A stretch of DNA of 64,000 nt from NCBI GenBank assembly GCA_001643675.2, contig LSRY02000009.1, positions 124,001 to 188,000 on the forward strand, read 5' to 3'. Numbering within the stretch: the first letter of the stretch is position 1; every line of letters begins with the position of its first letter. The notes under the pieces are model-generated. The model searched no databases and was not told the origin of the DNA. It saw only the letters and a list, made by a program, of their open reading frames with translations. This stretch comes from Monocercomonoides exilis PA203. Lineage: Eukaryota; Protista; Preaxostyla. Below are positions 25,062 to 37,668 of the stretch, piece by piece. A program made the position numbers and the translations under genes.

Positions 25062-25565
25062 TCCACTAAAGGTGACATTTGCCTAAAAATATAAATGCAA
25101 GCAAACATCAAATTTTCCTTCTCTTCCGTTTTGACAACTGATGCTTCTTCGGTGTAGCTGGCTTTCAGACACTTTCTTCAATAAAAAAAGAAACGTCTAG
25201 CTGATATGCATTGTCTGTCCATTTATTTAAAAAAACAAAATATATATATATATATATATATAACCCCATTGTACAGTACACTTTGATAATTATCGAAACT
25301 TTCAACAATATCATGCTCTTTTATTTCAGTTTTCTGTTAGCAAAGGAAATATCAAGATTGATGAGACAACAATTAGAAAATGGAAGAAAACATTACAAAT
25401 CTGAGCTCTGAACATAACACATCCAAAATAAAAATCTTTCTTTGTGATATATGAACTTGTGGGAAAGTCTTGAAAAACTTCACAATATATTGAAGGAAAA
25501 ATTGATTATTCATTATTACCATTATTTTTTAATTCTTTTCTTTGATTGTTCATTTCACACTTTGC

Positions 25566-28500
25566 ATGAGATATTTGATTGTAACGATATGTGTGTTTAT
25601 TTACACTATTAATTGCCATCATAGCCACCAATTGGCAACAGTCGATCATTCACCTGGTTCGAATATTGTTTTCAATGATAAAAACTGTGATATGAATGAG
25701 TACATGGAGATGAAAAGTATGCAATTCCTTTCTTTAACATATTTTTATGATGCAAATCTATGTTCAATATTTTAAGATGCGTGCTCATTTGGCAATGAAG
25801 AATTGCTCAAAAACAAAGAGAATTATGAAAATCTGGATGATGCGAAGCACATCAAACAAATCAAACACAGAAATACGGAATCCCTTTTATCTTTCAGAGA
25901 TTATGGAAGAATAAGCGAACAAAGTCAAATTATCGGAAATATGAGATTGATTAATTCATCAATTGAGTTGAAGGGGATTGAGCTGATGGGAGGCGAGTGG
26001 GGGAGGATTGTGTGTGGAATGAGAGGGAGTGTGGTTGTGGTGAGGGGATGCGGCGTGGAGATGGGGAGAGGCAAGGAGGCGGGGGTGTTTGAGCTGGGCG
26101 GGTGCAGAGGAATGTTTTGGAACATCACACTGAGAGGGGTTGGAAGGGGAGGAAATGTGTGTGGGAGACTGTTTGGAGGAGGGGGGAGGATGGAGCAGAC
26201 GAAGAGTGAGAGAGAAGGTGGGGGAGGAAGAGGAGGAGGACAGGGAAGAGGAGGAGGAAGAGGTGAAGGAGGAGAGAGAGGAGGGCAACGAGGAGGTGAA
26301 GGAAGAAGAGAAGAAGAAAGTGAAGAAGGAGGGAGTGTATTGGTGAGTGAGTCGGATTTCTCATCTTTTTGTGTGTCTTCAGCCCCGTTTCTGGAACCTC
26401 CCTTGGCACGCCTCGTATCTCTTTCCAAACTGACCTTCTTCAACATCTCCACAAATCCATCGAAAACAACACATCAGGCTGAAGGGCTGAGCCAAAGAGT
26501 GTTTGTGATGAATAGTTGCTCATTCACATCAGTTTGTGACGTGTATGATGGAGGAATTATTCCCTCTCTGAACAATCCCTTGGCCTCTTTTACAGCCTCA
26601 AACATAACATTCATCGGATGTTGTCGGACAAGAAATGTTGAATTCATTGGAAGCAAAGAAAACCCATTGAAGCCAGGGAGGCAGAACGAAACAGAAAATG
26701 GAGCGAATACATTCACTTGGTGTGAGTGGAACGGATCAAATACAACTGGAACATCGACATCCATTAGTAATGGAACTTCAAATGGAGGGGCGATTTTCAT
26801 GTATGGCTTATCATCCGCAATCGTTTCGGTTTCACATTGTGTATTCAATGGATGCATGTCATATTTTGGAGGAGGAGGAATCATGTGCCGTTCAATAAAG
26901 TCTGTAGAAATTATTGGTAATTTGTTTAACACTTGCAATGCTCAAAACTACTATGGAGGTGGATTGCATACTTGTTTCATATCAGCGTGTGTTCTGATTA
27001 GCGGATGTGAATTCAAGAATTGTAAAGCAAATGATTGTGGAGGAGGACTTTATCTTGATAATTTTCAGGTTTCAGGAACAGACTGCATTGAAACAGAAAA
27101 AGGTGGAGGAGAGAGTGCCTGTGTGTTTGACTGTAAATTTTCTTTATGTTCACTTTCACAAAATCATGGAGGAGGTATATTTTGCAAAGCAGTTCCTTCT
27201 GCACAATTTAAAATGAGGAGCGTTCAGTTCATTTCATGTTCTGCATCATCGGATGGAGGAGGATTGAGCTTTATTCCGAATGGAGCATCAGCGCCAAGTG
27301 ATGGGTGTTATTGTTATTTTTTATTTTTTCATGAAAGCAGCTGCAGATATGCAGCAACTCCATATGGGCACGACGTCTTTTATGCAGATTATTACAATCT
27401 TTATTTGAATTCAGGAAATCCGTTCTTCGAATGCTACACCACAAACACAGATGACAGAAGGATGTGCTATGCATACAACTACTCAAATGCAAATGCCTGG
27501 ACATTTCAGCACACGGAAAAGAAGGAGTGGCTGAAAGACAAAACGATCTATGTTTCTGTTTATGGAGATGATAATTTTGAGTTGTGTGGGGCGAATGAAA
27601 CATTCCCTTGTCTGACAGTGAAGAAGGCGTTCGAGATGTGTGAGATACAAATTAGCTTGACAATCACGCTGATGGAAGGGAATCACACAAGCGAGGCAAC
27701 AACAGTTGAGATTGGAGAAAAGAAGATTTCAGTCATTGGGACAGGCAAAGAGAAGAGTTCGATTGGAACAGGAGCGCTTTCTTCATCTTCTCCATCAACA
27801 GCTGGATCGCTGTTCAGTGTGACAAGTGGTCATCTGGGTTTATTGCACATGAAGGTTGACTGCAACTCAATTTCAATTCCTTCGCCGAGTGTGGTTGTGG
27901 TGTCTGATGGAGGTGGGTTTCTTTCATTGGAAGATGTTGTGATCACCACGAGTGCTTCTTCAGGAAACGATGTTTTGTCGTCGTCAATGTTTGTGGTGCA
28001 GCTGTCGCAGCTGTTGATGACCGATGTGGAGATCAAAGATATGAATGTCTCAAAATCATTGTTCTCTGAGCCGAATCTCTCTTCTCCTTCTTCTTCTTCT
28101 TCTTCATTGTCGTCATTGTCGTCATCTGCACTGTATCTGACAGCCACAGCATCAGGAGATAGCGTGCTGGCGAATGTGAAAGTGATGAATGTGAAGTTGA
28201 CTGAAGGAGATGGGGTGGTTGTGGCAAAGAGTGTGAAGGCTGGAGAGACGTTTGTGGTCAAGAATGTGACAATCGAAGATTGCGAGTGCAAGGCAGGAAG
28301 TGGAGGTGGGATCAAGGTTGATTTATTATCACCTTCAAGCAAGTTGCGGGTAGGGACTTCATCAGCTTCAGGAAGCGAAACAACAAAATTCAACAGATGC
28401 AAGTGCAGTGGATATGGCGGCGGGGTTATGCTTCATCTGGCAGATGACTCGCACGACTTCTCAATCGTGTTTGTCGACTTTTCAGGTTGCACTGCTTCAT

Positions 28501-31500
28501 TGGGTGGGAATTATGTGTTTGTGAATGGGAGCGATTCAGCGAGATGGGCAATAGCAACAGAAAAGCTGAATATCCAACATGACAATTCAAAATACAATGA
28601 ACTGATGGGATACGATCGGAGTAACACATCAATGGGGATGCTCCCACTGAATGTGTTTCTGGACACAATATCTGGTGCAGCGCATGTGGGCAAAAAGAAA
28701 GATGGTGTTCTAGGGAGATACGACTCGTGGTTTTGCGGGCTCGATTATTATCCTTGTGCCACCATCACCCACACTGCGCAGGCGCGATTTTCAGGGGGAA
28801 ATAAAAAAATAGAGTTAGATCCAGAATTCGTGCTTGCCGAAAAGGTTGCCATGGATGATGCCAATGAATGGGAGATTTCATGTGCCACAAAAGGGACGGC
28901 AATCGAGGTGAAGGAGCCGACCACTTTTGAATCAGAAAACTTCTTGATCGATGTGCAAAGCAGATGTTCGATTAAAAAGATCAAATTTAGCATTCCATCT
29001 GCTCTATCCAGTGCATCTTCGATGATTTCGGCACACTCCACATCATTCAATATCACAGACTGCTCGGTAGTAAGTTCACCAGACAGTGTTGTTGGCCAAT
29101 CGATTGGATACAGCTTTGTAAATGCGTTTGCGGGAAAACTGAGAATGGAGCAATTTGAAATCAGAGAAGGTCTGACATTTGATGGGCATTCGTTGGTTGA
29201 GTTTATGGCTGGTGTGAGTGTTGTGTATTTCAAAGGATGCAACATAGCAAACGTTAGAAAGATTAATGGAGACGGGGGGCTGATAAAAGGAGCAGTTGGA
29301 ACACAGTTTGGGGAAGGAGAGGGAAAGGTTGGGATTGTTGTGATTGAAACGTGCACTGTAATAAACTGCAACTGCCAAGGGAAATCAGAAGAGATTGGAA
29401 AAGGAGGAGGGATATGCGTGAGCTTAGATGGAGAGGGAAGTGTTGTTGTGAATGGGACGAGTACAATCGATTCATGCGAGGCGAAGAACAATGGAGGAGG
29501 AGGAGCCAAAGGAAGAGGCGGAGGAATGATGCTGACGATGGCAAGTCCGAACTGCAAGATGGAAATTGCAGAAAATGTTAAGTTTTCATCGACATCTTCA
29601 TCGCTGAATGATGCACAATATGGGAAGGATGTGTTTATTTGTTGCGATTCAACGATATTGCTTGGAACAAAAGTGAATGCAAACTCTTTCAAAATTTTTG
29701 ATAATAGCGCCATTCCATCGGATGAATTGAAGTTTTGCGGGAGCGAGGATGGGAAAGATGAGAAAGTGATTCCGCTGTTTGTGTATTTGTTCTCAATCGG
29801 ATCGAAGTTGACTGTTGATGGGAGCGGAAGCATGGCATATGATCACAACTCTTGTGGATTTGAGAAGTTTGGGTGCCAATCCATTGATTATTGCGTGACT
29901 AACAGAATTAATGACGGCTTACAAAAAGTTGAGGTTTCTTCTGAATCTTCAATAAAAAGTGAAATGAAAGTGCTTTCATTTGATGTGAGCTTGACAGGAA
30001 AAGCAGTTACAGAAGGAAAAAAGATGAAGATTGAGGTGAAGGATGGAGGAGAAATTAGCCAAAATGGCCTTATTGAGTGCACAAAATCATTTGAAATGAC
30101 TAATTTGGCATTTGTAATGAACAAAGTTATTAATGGAAGGAGGAGTGCATTCATCCATTCCTCGTTATCAACGATCACGATAACAAGCTGTTCTGTCTCG
30201 TTTGCAAGCGATGCATTAACAAGTGGAAAGATTGGATACAACATCCTGAACATTGAGGGAGGAGAACTGATTGTGGATGGACTGATGATGGAAATTGCAA
30301 CAACACTGACAATGAATGGGAAGTCACCAATAACGATGACAAACGGAGAGAAATTGGACATCAAGAACAGCAGAGAGAGTGGAGTGACGGTGGAAGGCGG
30401 GAGCGGAGGAGGAGGATGCATAAGTGCTGCGATAAAAGATGGAGGAAACGCAGTTGTGAATAACTGCAGTATTTCAACAATATGCACAGGTGGAGGTGGG
30501 ATGAAAGGAGGAGGGATGATGATATCGGTTGGGGAGAGTGGAAGTTTGGGGATCAATGATGTGCGATTTACAGGATGCGAGGTGCCAACAGAGGACAACT
30601 TACAGAAAGGAAAAGGAATGGGAGGAGGGATGTTTGTGAGCTTGGCAGATACAATGGGATCATTTGTGATGGAAGGAATGAAATTTGAGGGATGCAGTGC
30701 GTGGAAAGGGAAGAAAGTGTTCATATCGGGAAATGAGCTGGACGATGTTATTTCAAACGAAAAACTGAAAGAGGAGTTGAGTTCAAGTGATGAGAAGTCA
30801 TTGGATGAGCTGTGTGGATGGGAAAGGAAGACAACAGGAAAGGGATATGTGATTCCACTGGTTGTGTATTTGTGGACGAACTGGAGTGGGAATGGGTTTG
30901 TTTCGAAAGATAATGGAGGAGATTTCAGTGGGTGTGGGTTTTCTGAAGCACCATGTTCATCGATTGACCACTTGATATCACTGAGATTTGATCCACTTGG
31001 AAAAGGCGAAACACACATCAACATTGTGGGATCGGGGTTATTGAGCCATTCCATATCATTTTCTTCTTCATTGCCTCCAGCTTCACAAGATTCAGATTCA
31101 CCAAAAGTTGTGATTGAAGGGACAAAGAAAGGAACAAGCGTGACAATTACTGATGAAGACGAGAATGATTTGGATGATGGTTCAATGATATCGTCGAATG
31201 TGAGTCTGTCATTCTTCAATTTATCATTCACCAAACCAAGCATAACCACCAATCATGCAGTATTCATTGAATCGTCAGGAACAAATGCATTCTTGACAGT
31301 CACGGATTGTTCATTTGGATCGTTGACAGGGCTGATAGAGACAGCAGGATATTGCGTGATGAAAGTGAATAGAGGGAGCGCCACAATTCAGAGTTGCACT
31401 TTGAATAAGATTAATGGATTGAAAGGGTTCATCAGTTTTAGCAAAAGTGCAACTGAGGTGACTGTTCAGAATGTGAACATTTCATTTGCTGGAGTGACAG

Positions 31501-34500
31501 AAAGAAGTCTGATATCGATGATGGAGGAAGAAAGTCAGATGAATGAAAAGGAAAACACTCATTCAAATGCAAATGGCAACAGACCAGTTTTGAGGGTTGT
31601 TGGATGCTCATTTTCCAACATTACGAAGGAAGGGATTGGAGCGAGCGTTGTTGAAGTGGGATCATTTGAGAATGGAGTGGAGTGCACGATAGAAGAGTGT
31701 ACAATGAAGAGTTGCAAAAGCGCTTTGAGTGATGAAGGAGGTGGAATGAAAGTGGAGCTGAAGAACGAAGAATCTGTTTTGAAAGTGAATGGGAGCACGT
31801 TTTCGATGTGCAGATGCTCGACGGAATCAGGGCGCGGCGGAGGACTGTTTATCAATGGAGCCGATCCAAATGTTAACTATGCTGATGAAACTCAGATACC
31901 ATGCCTGAGGATTTTCATTGTGAATATCATGTTTTATATGAATGAGGCTTTTGTTGGGAACGATATATTCATCAAATGCTACTCAATTATTCGACAGATC
32001 AACGAAACGATGTTTGCTTTGAACTTCAACCAGGAATCATTGAACTCAGACAACTCCATCTGCGGGAGCGATATAGAGGGAAATGCAGACATGGATCTGA
32101 TTCCACGAATCACATTCTTCAAAGGCCTTCAAGTGTTTTTGAACGGGTCAGGGGCGGATGGCAGACGATGTGGAGCTCAGACCAATCCTTGTTCCAGTAT
32201 CAATTGTGGGGTTGATCACATCCAGGAAGGAGTGATGAATGCGATTCTGATTGACGGAGAAGGGGTTGTTTCTGGAGAATGTGTTATTGGAGATCTAGTT
32301 GTGAATTCATTCAAAAAGAAGCAGGCAATTGTGAAATTGAAATCCAAGATTGAGAAATCGGCTGAGAAGGATTGTATCATGGAGTTTGTGAATGAATGTT
32401 CCGTGGAGAGGTGCTCATTCCAATTTGAAGATGGATTTGAATCAACTCACAATTATCTTATGAAAGTGAAGAACGGAATAACGAAAATACAAGAATGTGA
32501 ATTCTTCTCATCTTCAACAGCAGTTGAGTTCATGAAGTTGAACAGTTCAATTGTGAGTGTGGAAAGTGGAGAGTTGAAGATATCAGAAACGACATTCAGA
32601 GATATTCATTCAACAATATCAATTCTTTCATTTTGTGAGGAATCGAATGTGACAATTGATGAAACAAGAATATCGAACATCAAATGTGAGGGAGATGTTG
32701 TGAGTGTTGGAGGGAAGGCGAAAGTGGAGATGAAAGAGATGAAAGTTGAAAATGTGACTATGATATCGAAGGGATGCGTGATTGGGATGGGAGATGCTGA
32801 GCAAGAGGTGAGTGTGCTGAACAGCTCATTTGGAAAATGTGTGAATTCTGAGGAGAAAGGAAGCATGATGAAGATCAGGAATTCCAAGAATGTGAGGGTT
32901 GAAGCATGTGTATTTGATGGAGAAAAAGAAACAGAGGCAATCAATGAAGGAAACAAGATAAAAGAAGGGTTATGCAAATGGAATGGGTCATTGGTTGATA
33001 TTGAAGACAGCAATGTGGAGATGAGGGAAACAACGATTATGAAGAACAAGGGAGGAGGGTTGTGGGTGAGTGGAGGGAGTATGAAGATTGAGAAAGGTGA
33101 ATTTGAGAACAACAATCCATCTATTGAGGGATATCCATCTGCCCGAAGGAATGTGATTTGTGAAGGGAATTGCGAACTGAATGTTGTGAACGTGAAAGGA
33201 GGAGATGGACTGAAAGATAACTCATCGCTTTGGATTTTGGATGAAGGATGTCAATTGGGAGGGATAGCGAGTGAAAGAGAATCATCGTATTTCATCCCAG
33301 TTCTGGAAGAAGTGAAGAATACAACACAGCCGAACGGTGGCATGGACTTGAGCATCCATGGGAAACTGCTTCTTCCATGCAACTTGTCACTGAAGATAAG
33401 CATGAAGGATGGGGACGTTGAACATATCCAAACACAAAAGATCGAAGATGGGTGTGTATCGGAAAACGAGGTGCATTCTGTTATCTCGTCAGAGCTGGTG
33501 GAAACGATGAAAAATAAAGCAGAAATAAGTGTGTGCATATTGTTTGGAAAAGCAGAATCTCCATCATCTACTCATTCATTAATCATGAAAAACAAAAGTG
33601 AGATCGATGCAAAAGTTGATGAAAGAATGTCTGAAGGAGAGGATAAAATTGAATGGAGTTTTATTGCTTTTATTGGGTGCATTGTTGTTATTGTGATTCT
33701 GTTATTTGTGATTGTTGTGGTAATTGTGTTACAAAGAAGGAAGGAGAATAGAGGTGGAAGGAGAGTTGAAGATGGAGATATCGAAGTAACAAAGAATGTG
33801 GGGATAGGGGAATGGAGAAAAGAAGATATTGCAGAAAGAGCTGAAGAAGAAGAGGAAGAAGAGGGGGAGATGCGAACATTATTGGCGGGAGAAACGGGAA
33901 ATGAGATGAGAGTACTAACAGAGAAAGGTGAGGAGCTGAATGTGAATGAGAACAAAGGAATGGTAGAGAGAGGATTTGATCGTGAAGAAATAATAGCGGT
34001 GGTGCCAGTGAATTATATTGAAATGCAGTCAGTTGCCTCGCTTCTGAGCGGTGAAAAGGATGGAAACATGGAGATCGGTTCTTTTGCAGGCGGAAAGGAA
34101 AATGAGAGTATTTCAAAAGGAGATAGAAAAGTGAAAAGGGGGAAGAGAAAGAAGGGGAAAAAGCGGAAACATGTGGAAGAGGATGATGAAATTGGGGATG
34201 AGAGGGAAGTGTCCGAGGCTGGATTGGAGGAGTTGGGTGGAGTCACTTCTGAGGATGGAAGAAATGGAAAGTCAACAGAGTATTATGTTGGGATATGTTC
34301 AGCACAAAACAGCAATTTTTCGATGATTGGAGAAGATTCAGAAGAAAAAGTTGTCAACAAGGTATTGGATGAAGCAAAGGAAGTGGTGAAAGAAGGCAAA
34401 GAAGAAGAAAGAGAGGTGGAAAAGCCAAAGAAAAGGAAGAAAAAGAAAAAGAGAAATCAGAAAGGGGAAGACAAATCAGAAATTGTTCGAGATATTGCTG

Positions 34501-34526
34501 AAATTGGGTTGCTTGATGCGGGATAG
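25566..34526 (+). CDS. Giant (about 2965 aa) Cys/Gly-rich beta-helix-like type I membrane protein
   Basis: Signal-peptide exon MRYLIVTICVFIYTINC from ATG 25566, phase-1 intron 25717-25776, then the 2907-aa ORF. Five CG....[PG]C modules, many GGG[IL] repeats, a TM segment (FIAFIGCIVVIVILLFVIVVVIVL) and a charged cytoplasmic tail of about 260 aa. Confidence 0.88.
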
Positions 34527-36866
34527 AAGGGCGTTGAGCAGGGCAGATAATATTATTGTGCTTTCTTCAGAAAACAAAGGAAAATGAGAGGGAGGGGAGA
34601 ATTGTGCTCTGAAATCAGAAAGAATAATAATATGAAAGAACTTTCAACTGATTAAAGCGCTGATGGAATTGTTTTGCTCCTTGAAAATAAGTTCATTTGC
34701 GAAATGAAGATTCTCCCAATTGAACATTTTGATGCATATTCCAAAAGAGATGAGTTGAAACAACTTTTTCGTTGTGATAAGTTGCCTATTGTTGCCATTG
34801 CTATTATTTTTTATATTTTCACAAAACTATCAACATTCATTTCACAATACTTATTATTCTAATTTTTATTTGCTTCTTTTGTTTCTTTTTCCAGCAGGAA
34901 AATGGAAAGTTAACATTTCACTTTTGAACCTTTTTTTGAAGAATAAGTTTTTTCCAACTGTAATATCTTTGTTCAATTTTATCCTTGGCTTTAGTTTCTA
35001 AATATTCTCAACTTTTTTTGATTCGTTTCTTTTTCAATCTTGCATTTCACTTGTCTCACTTTCCATTTGCTTGATTAATCAATAGTTATTCACTTGGGCT
35101 GCTTGTCATCGTGCTAACCACATTTTGTTGAATGGGAATATTTTTTTATCAAGTTATTTTTTATCAATTTTTATTTTAATTTTTTTCAAAGCCGCATTGA
35201 AAATTACAAACACCTTTTAAATCCAACTATTTTCGAACATTGAAATTAATTAATTGAATTCTCATTTTTGAAGTCCAGTAATTTGAATCCACATTTTGAA
35301 TACGAATTCCCTGCTTCAAATAAAAGATAAATAATTAATAAAGTACTCTTTCATTTTTTTTCAAATAGATTGTTTCTAATTGCCAGAAATAGGTCAGCAA
35401 AAGTCTCCAATTGAAATTATGTGGTTTCAGATTTGCGACAAAGGGTTGAAAGCCTTCAAGAAAATGTTTCTATAATTATTAATTTTGCATTAATGATGGA
35501 AAATTAAACTCTCAAAAAATGAATCGGGCTTTATGTCTGAATTTATCAAATACTGTCCACTTCTTCTTCAAATCTCTTGCATCACATCCTTGCAAAATCA
35601 CATTTATTCAGAACACGAACAATTAAACCTCAAAAACATTTTCAACTTCTTCGACAAAGGCTTTTTTCTTTTTCTTTTTCTTTTTCTTATCTTTTTCACC
35701 ACTTCACAAGCAACCCTTCTTTTCCTTTCTCTTATTCCGTTTTTCTTTTTCCGCTTTCTTTTAACCATTTTATCTTTTCTTCTCTCTCTCTTTTGTTTTA
35801 GCTTTTGCTTTTTTTTTCTGGCTATCGCATGCTCAGTGCAGTTGAAATAAGGCGCTTTCTTTTCATCGCGATTTACCCAGAAATTCTGATTGAAATTGTT
35901 TGGAAAACAATTTAATTGGAGAAAGGGTGAGTGAAGATAGATGCATTATTCGAAAAGACAAACTCGATTGTTGGACATGATTGAACAGAGGCATTTGGCG
36001 GTCGGAACGTTGCTTTGTTTTGTTTTTCTCCGATTGCTTTCCCGACAAGATGGATGGTGATGGAACATCTGGAGTGGAGAAGAAATATTGTGAACTGGAG
36101 ATGGCTCCGTGATTGAGAGTGCACAATGAGGCACAGTTTCTGAAGAATGAACAGAACACAAGGCTGACATAATTTCATTTGTTTATTTGTTTGTGAATTT
36201 GTTCGCGATATGGAAAAATCGAAGAAAATTGAGAACATGGAACACAAATTAGAAGAAATTGGCCAAAAGACAGTTTTGATGAAATCAATATCGCATGTTA
36301 ACAGTTCATCCTTGTGTTTAATTGAAATTCCTTTCAAAAATGTATTTTTCACAAAAAAGCTTTCCCTTCGTTTTTTCTTTGATTGCTTGTTGAATATATT
36401 TGGTGTTTGAAAATCTGAAGAAGAACATCAAATCAATCATTTGTTCAATCCAAGAATTGCTTCAATAATTTATTCTTTTCATCTGTGCCTTTTGCACCTT
36501 TCAAATGAAAATGGAAAAATTATTTTCCTTTAATATTTAACTCAGTCTGATAGACTTGTCTTGGCTTAATATTGTACAGTTTCATTGCATTGTGATTTCT
36601 GGCCGAAATTCTAGATAAAAAATAGTTATTTCTTTTGTCTTCCTGAATGGGAATGACTGAAGAAACCATGCACAGAATTAGATGAATTGTAACAAGATGT
36701 ATATGAAAACGATGGGGTTTTTCATGGAAGAAGACATTAAAGATGAAGAAGAAAAGAACGAATAAAAAGAAGAAAAAAAAGAAAAAGTCGAAAAAGAAGA
36801 TGTTGAAAAGATAGGAAGAAAAAAAGGAAAATGATAATGACAATGATGGAAAGAAATAATAATTTG

Positions 36867-36975
36867 CAGGGTGATTTGCAAACCCGATCATTTTCATAAA
36901 CCCGGATTTATTATTATTCGTTGAAACAGAAAAAATAGATGCTAATAATTAAAAAGGCAAACATTTATTTATTTA
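36867..36975 (+). mobile_element. Solo terminal fragment related to the left end of the 46285-47258 element
   Basis: CAGGGTGATTTGCAAACCCGATCATTTTCATAAACCCGGATTTATTATTATTCGTTGAAACAGAA aligns with 46272-46335. Confidence 0.7.
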
Positions 36976-36994
36976 TTTAACTGATTAATGACAG

Positions 36995-37649
36995 GGCATT
37001 AGTCGATTAGATCGACACCCAAAAATATTCAAAATTTTGGATTTCTTTTTGATAGGAATAACAAACTTATACTAATAAATGTGTGTTGTAGCATTTTTGT
37101 TTTGAAATTAGGGTTAGAAGTGGGAAAAGGAGCAATTAATTAATATCACTTAGGGTTTGAGTTCGTTATCTTAATCGTTAAAATTTCTTTTTTAACAGAA
37201 ACAACTGATGATATTTCTTCTGTTTAATCAAAGAACTAATCAATTATTTCTTTTGAATCTTTTATTTTTGATTTCTTTATTCGATCAGCTCTCCCCTTAT
37301 AATATTTTCTCAATTAATGAAAACAGCCAATGCTATTCCCTTCTCTTATTCTCATTTCTATAAGGATATTTCTGAAACAATAATCATATTCATCATGTTT
37401 CTTCAATGTGAAAACTACAAAATAGATTGTGTATTCCTTTTTTTTCACTAATCTTATTCATTTAACACAATGTTTATGATTATAATTCCCTTTTTAATAT
37501 ATAATTCATCGTTTTTAGGTTTAAAAAAACATGAAAATTTAACTTTGTTAAAAGTTAGACAATAAACTTCTATTAGCACAACAAGTTATTTTATTCAAAT
37601 ATTAAGTTGACAACGATTTTTTAGGGTGTCGATCTAATCGACTATTACC
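36995..37649. mobile_element. Merlin-type MITE (655 bp) with 26-bp TIRs and 8-bp TSD AATGACAG
   Basis: Left TIR GGCATTAGTCGATTAGATCGACACCC versus GGTAATAGTCGATTAGATCGACACCC (reverse complement of the right end). Exact direct repeat AATGACAG at 36987-36994 and 37650-37657. GG ends with 8-bp TSDs are Merlin/IS1016 hallmarks. Confidence 0.88.
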
Positions 37650-37668
37650 AATGACAGAACTATATATA

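Noticed and set aside
6228-33955. Numerous antisense and alternate-frame ORFs over MSH6, the kinesin and the giant genes
   Set aside because: These are shadow ORFs produced by low-complexity, stop-poor coding sequence and carry no independent motifs.
35500-36900. Short ORFs and purine-rich patches
   Set aside because: No recognisable domain; probably decayed gene debris or compositional ORFs.
37107-37160. TTAGGG telomere-like hexamers inside the Merlin MITE
   Set aside because: They are isolated units rather than a tandem array, and are expected by chance.
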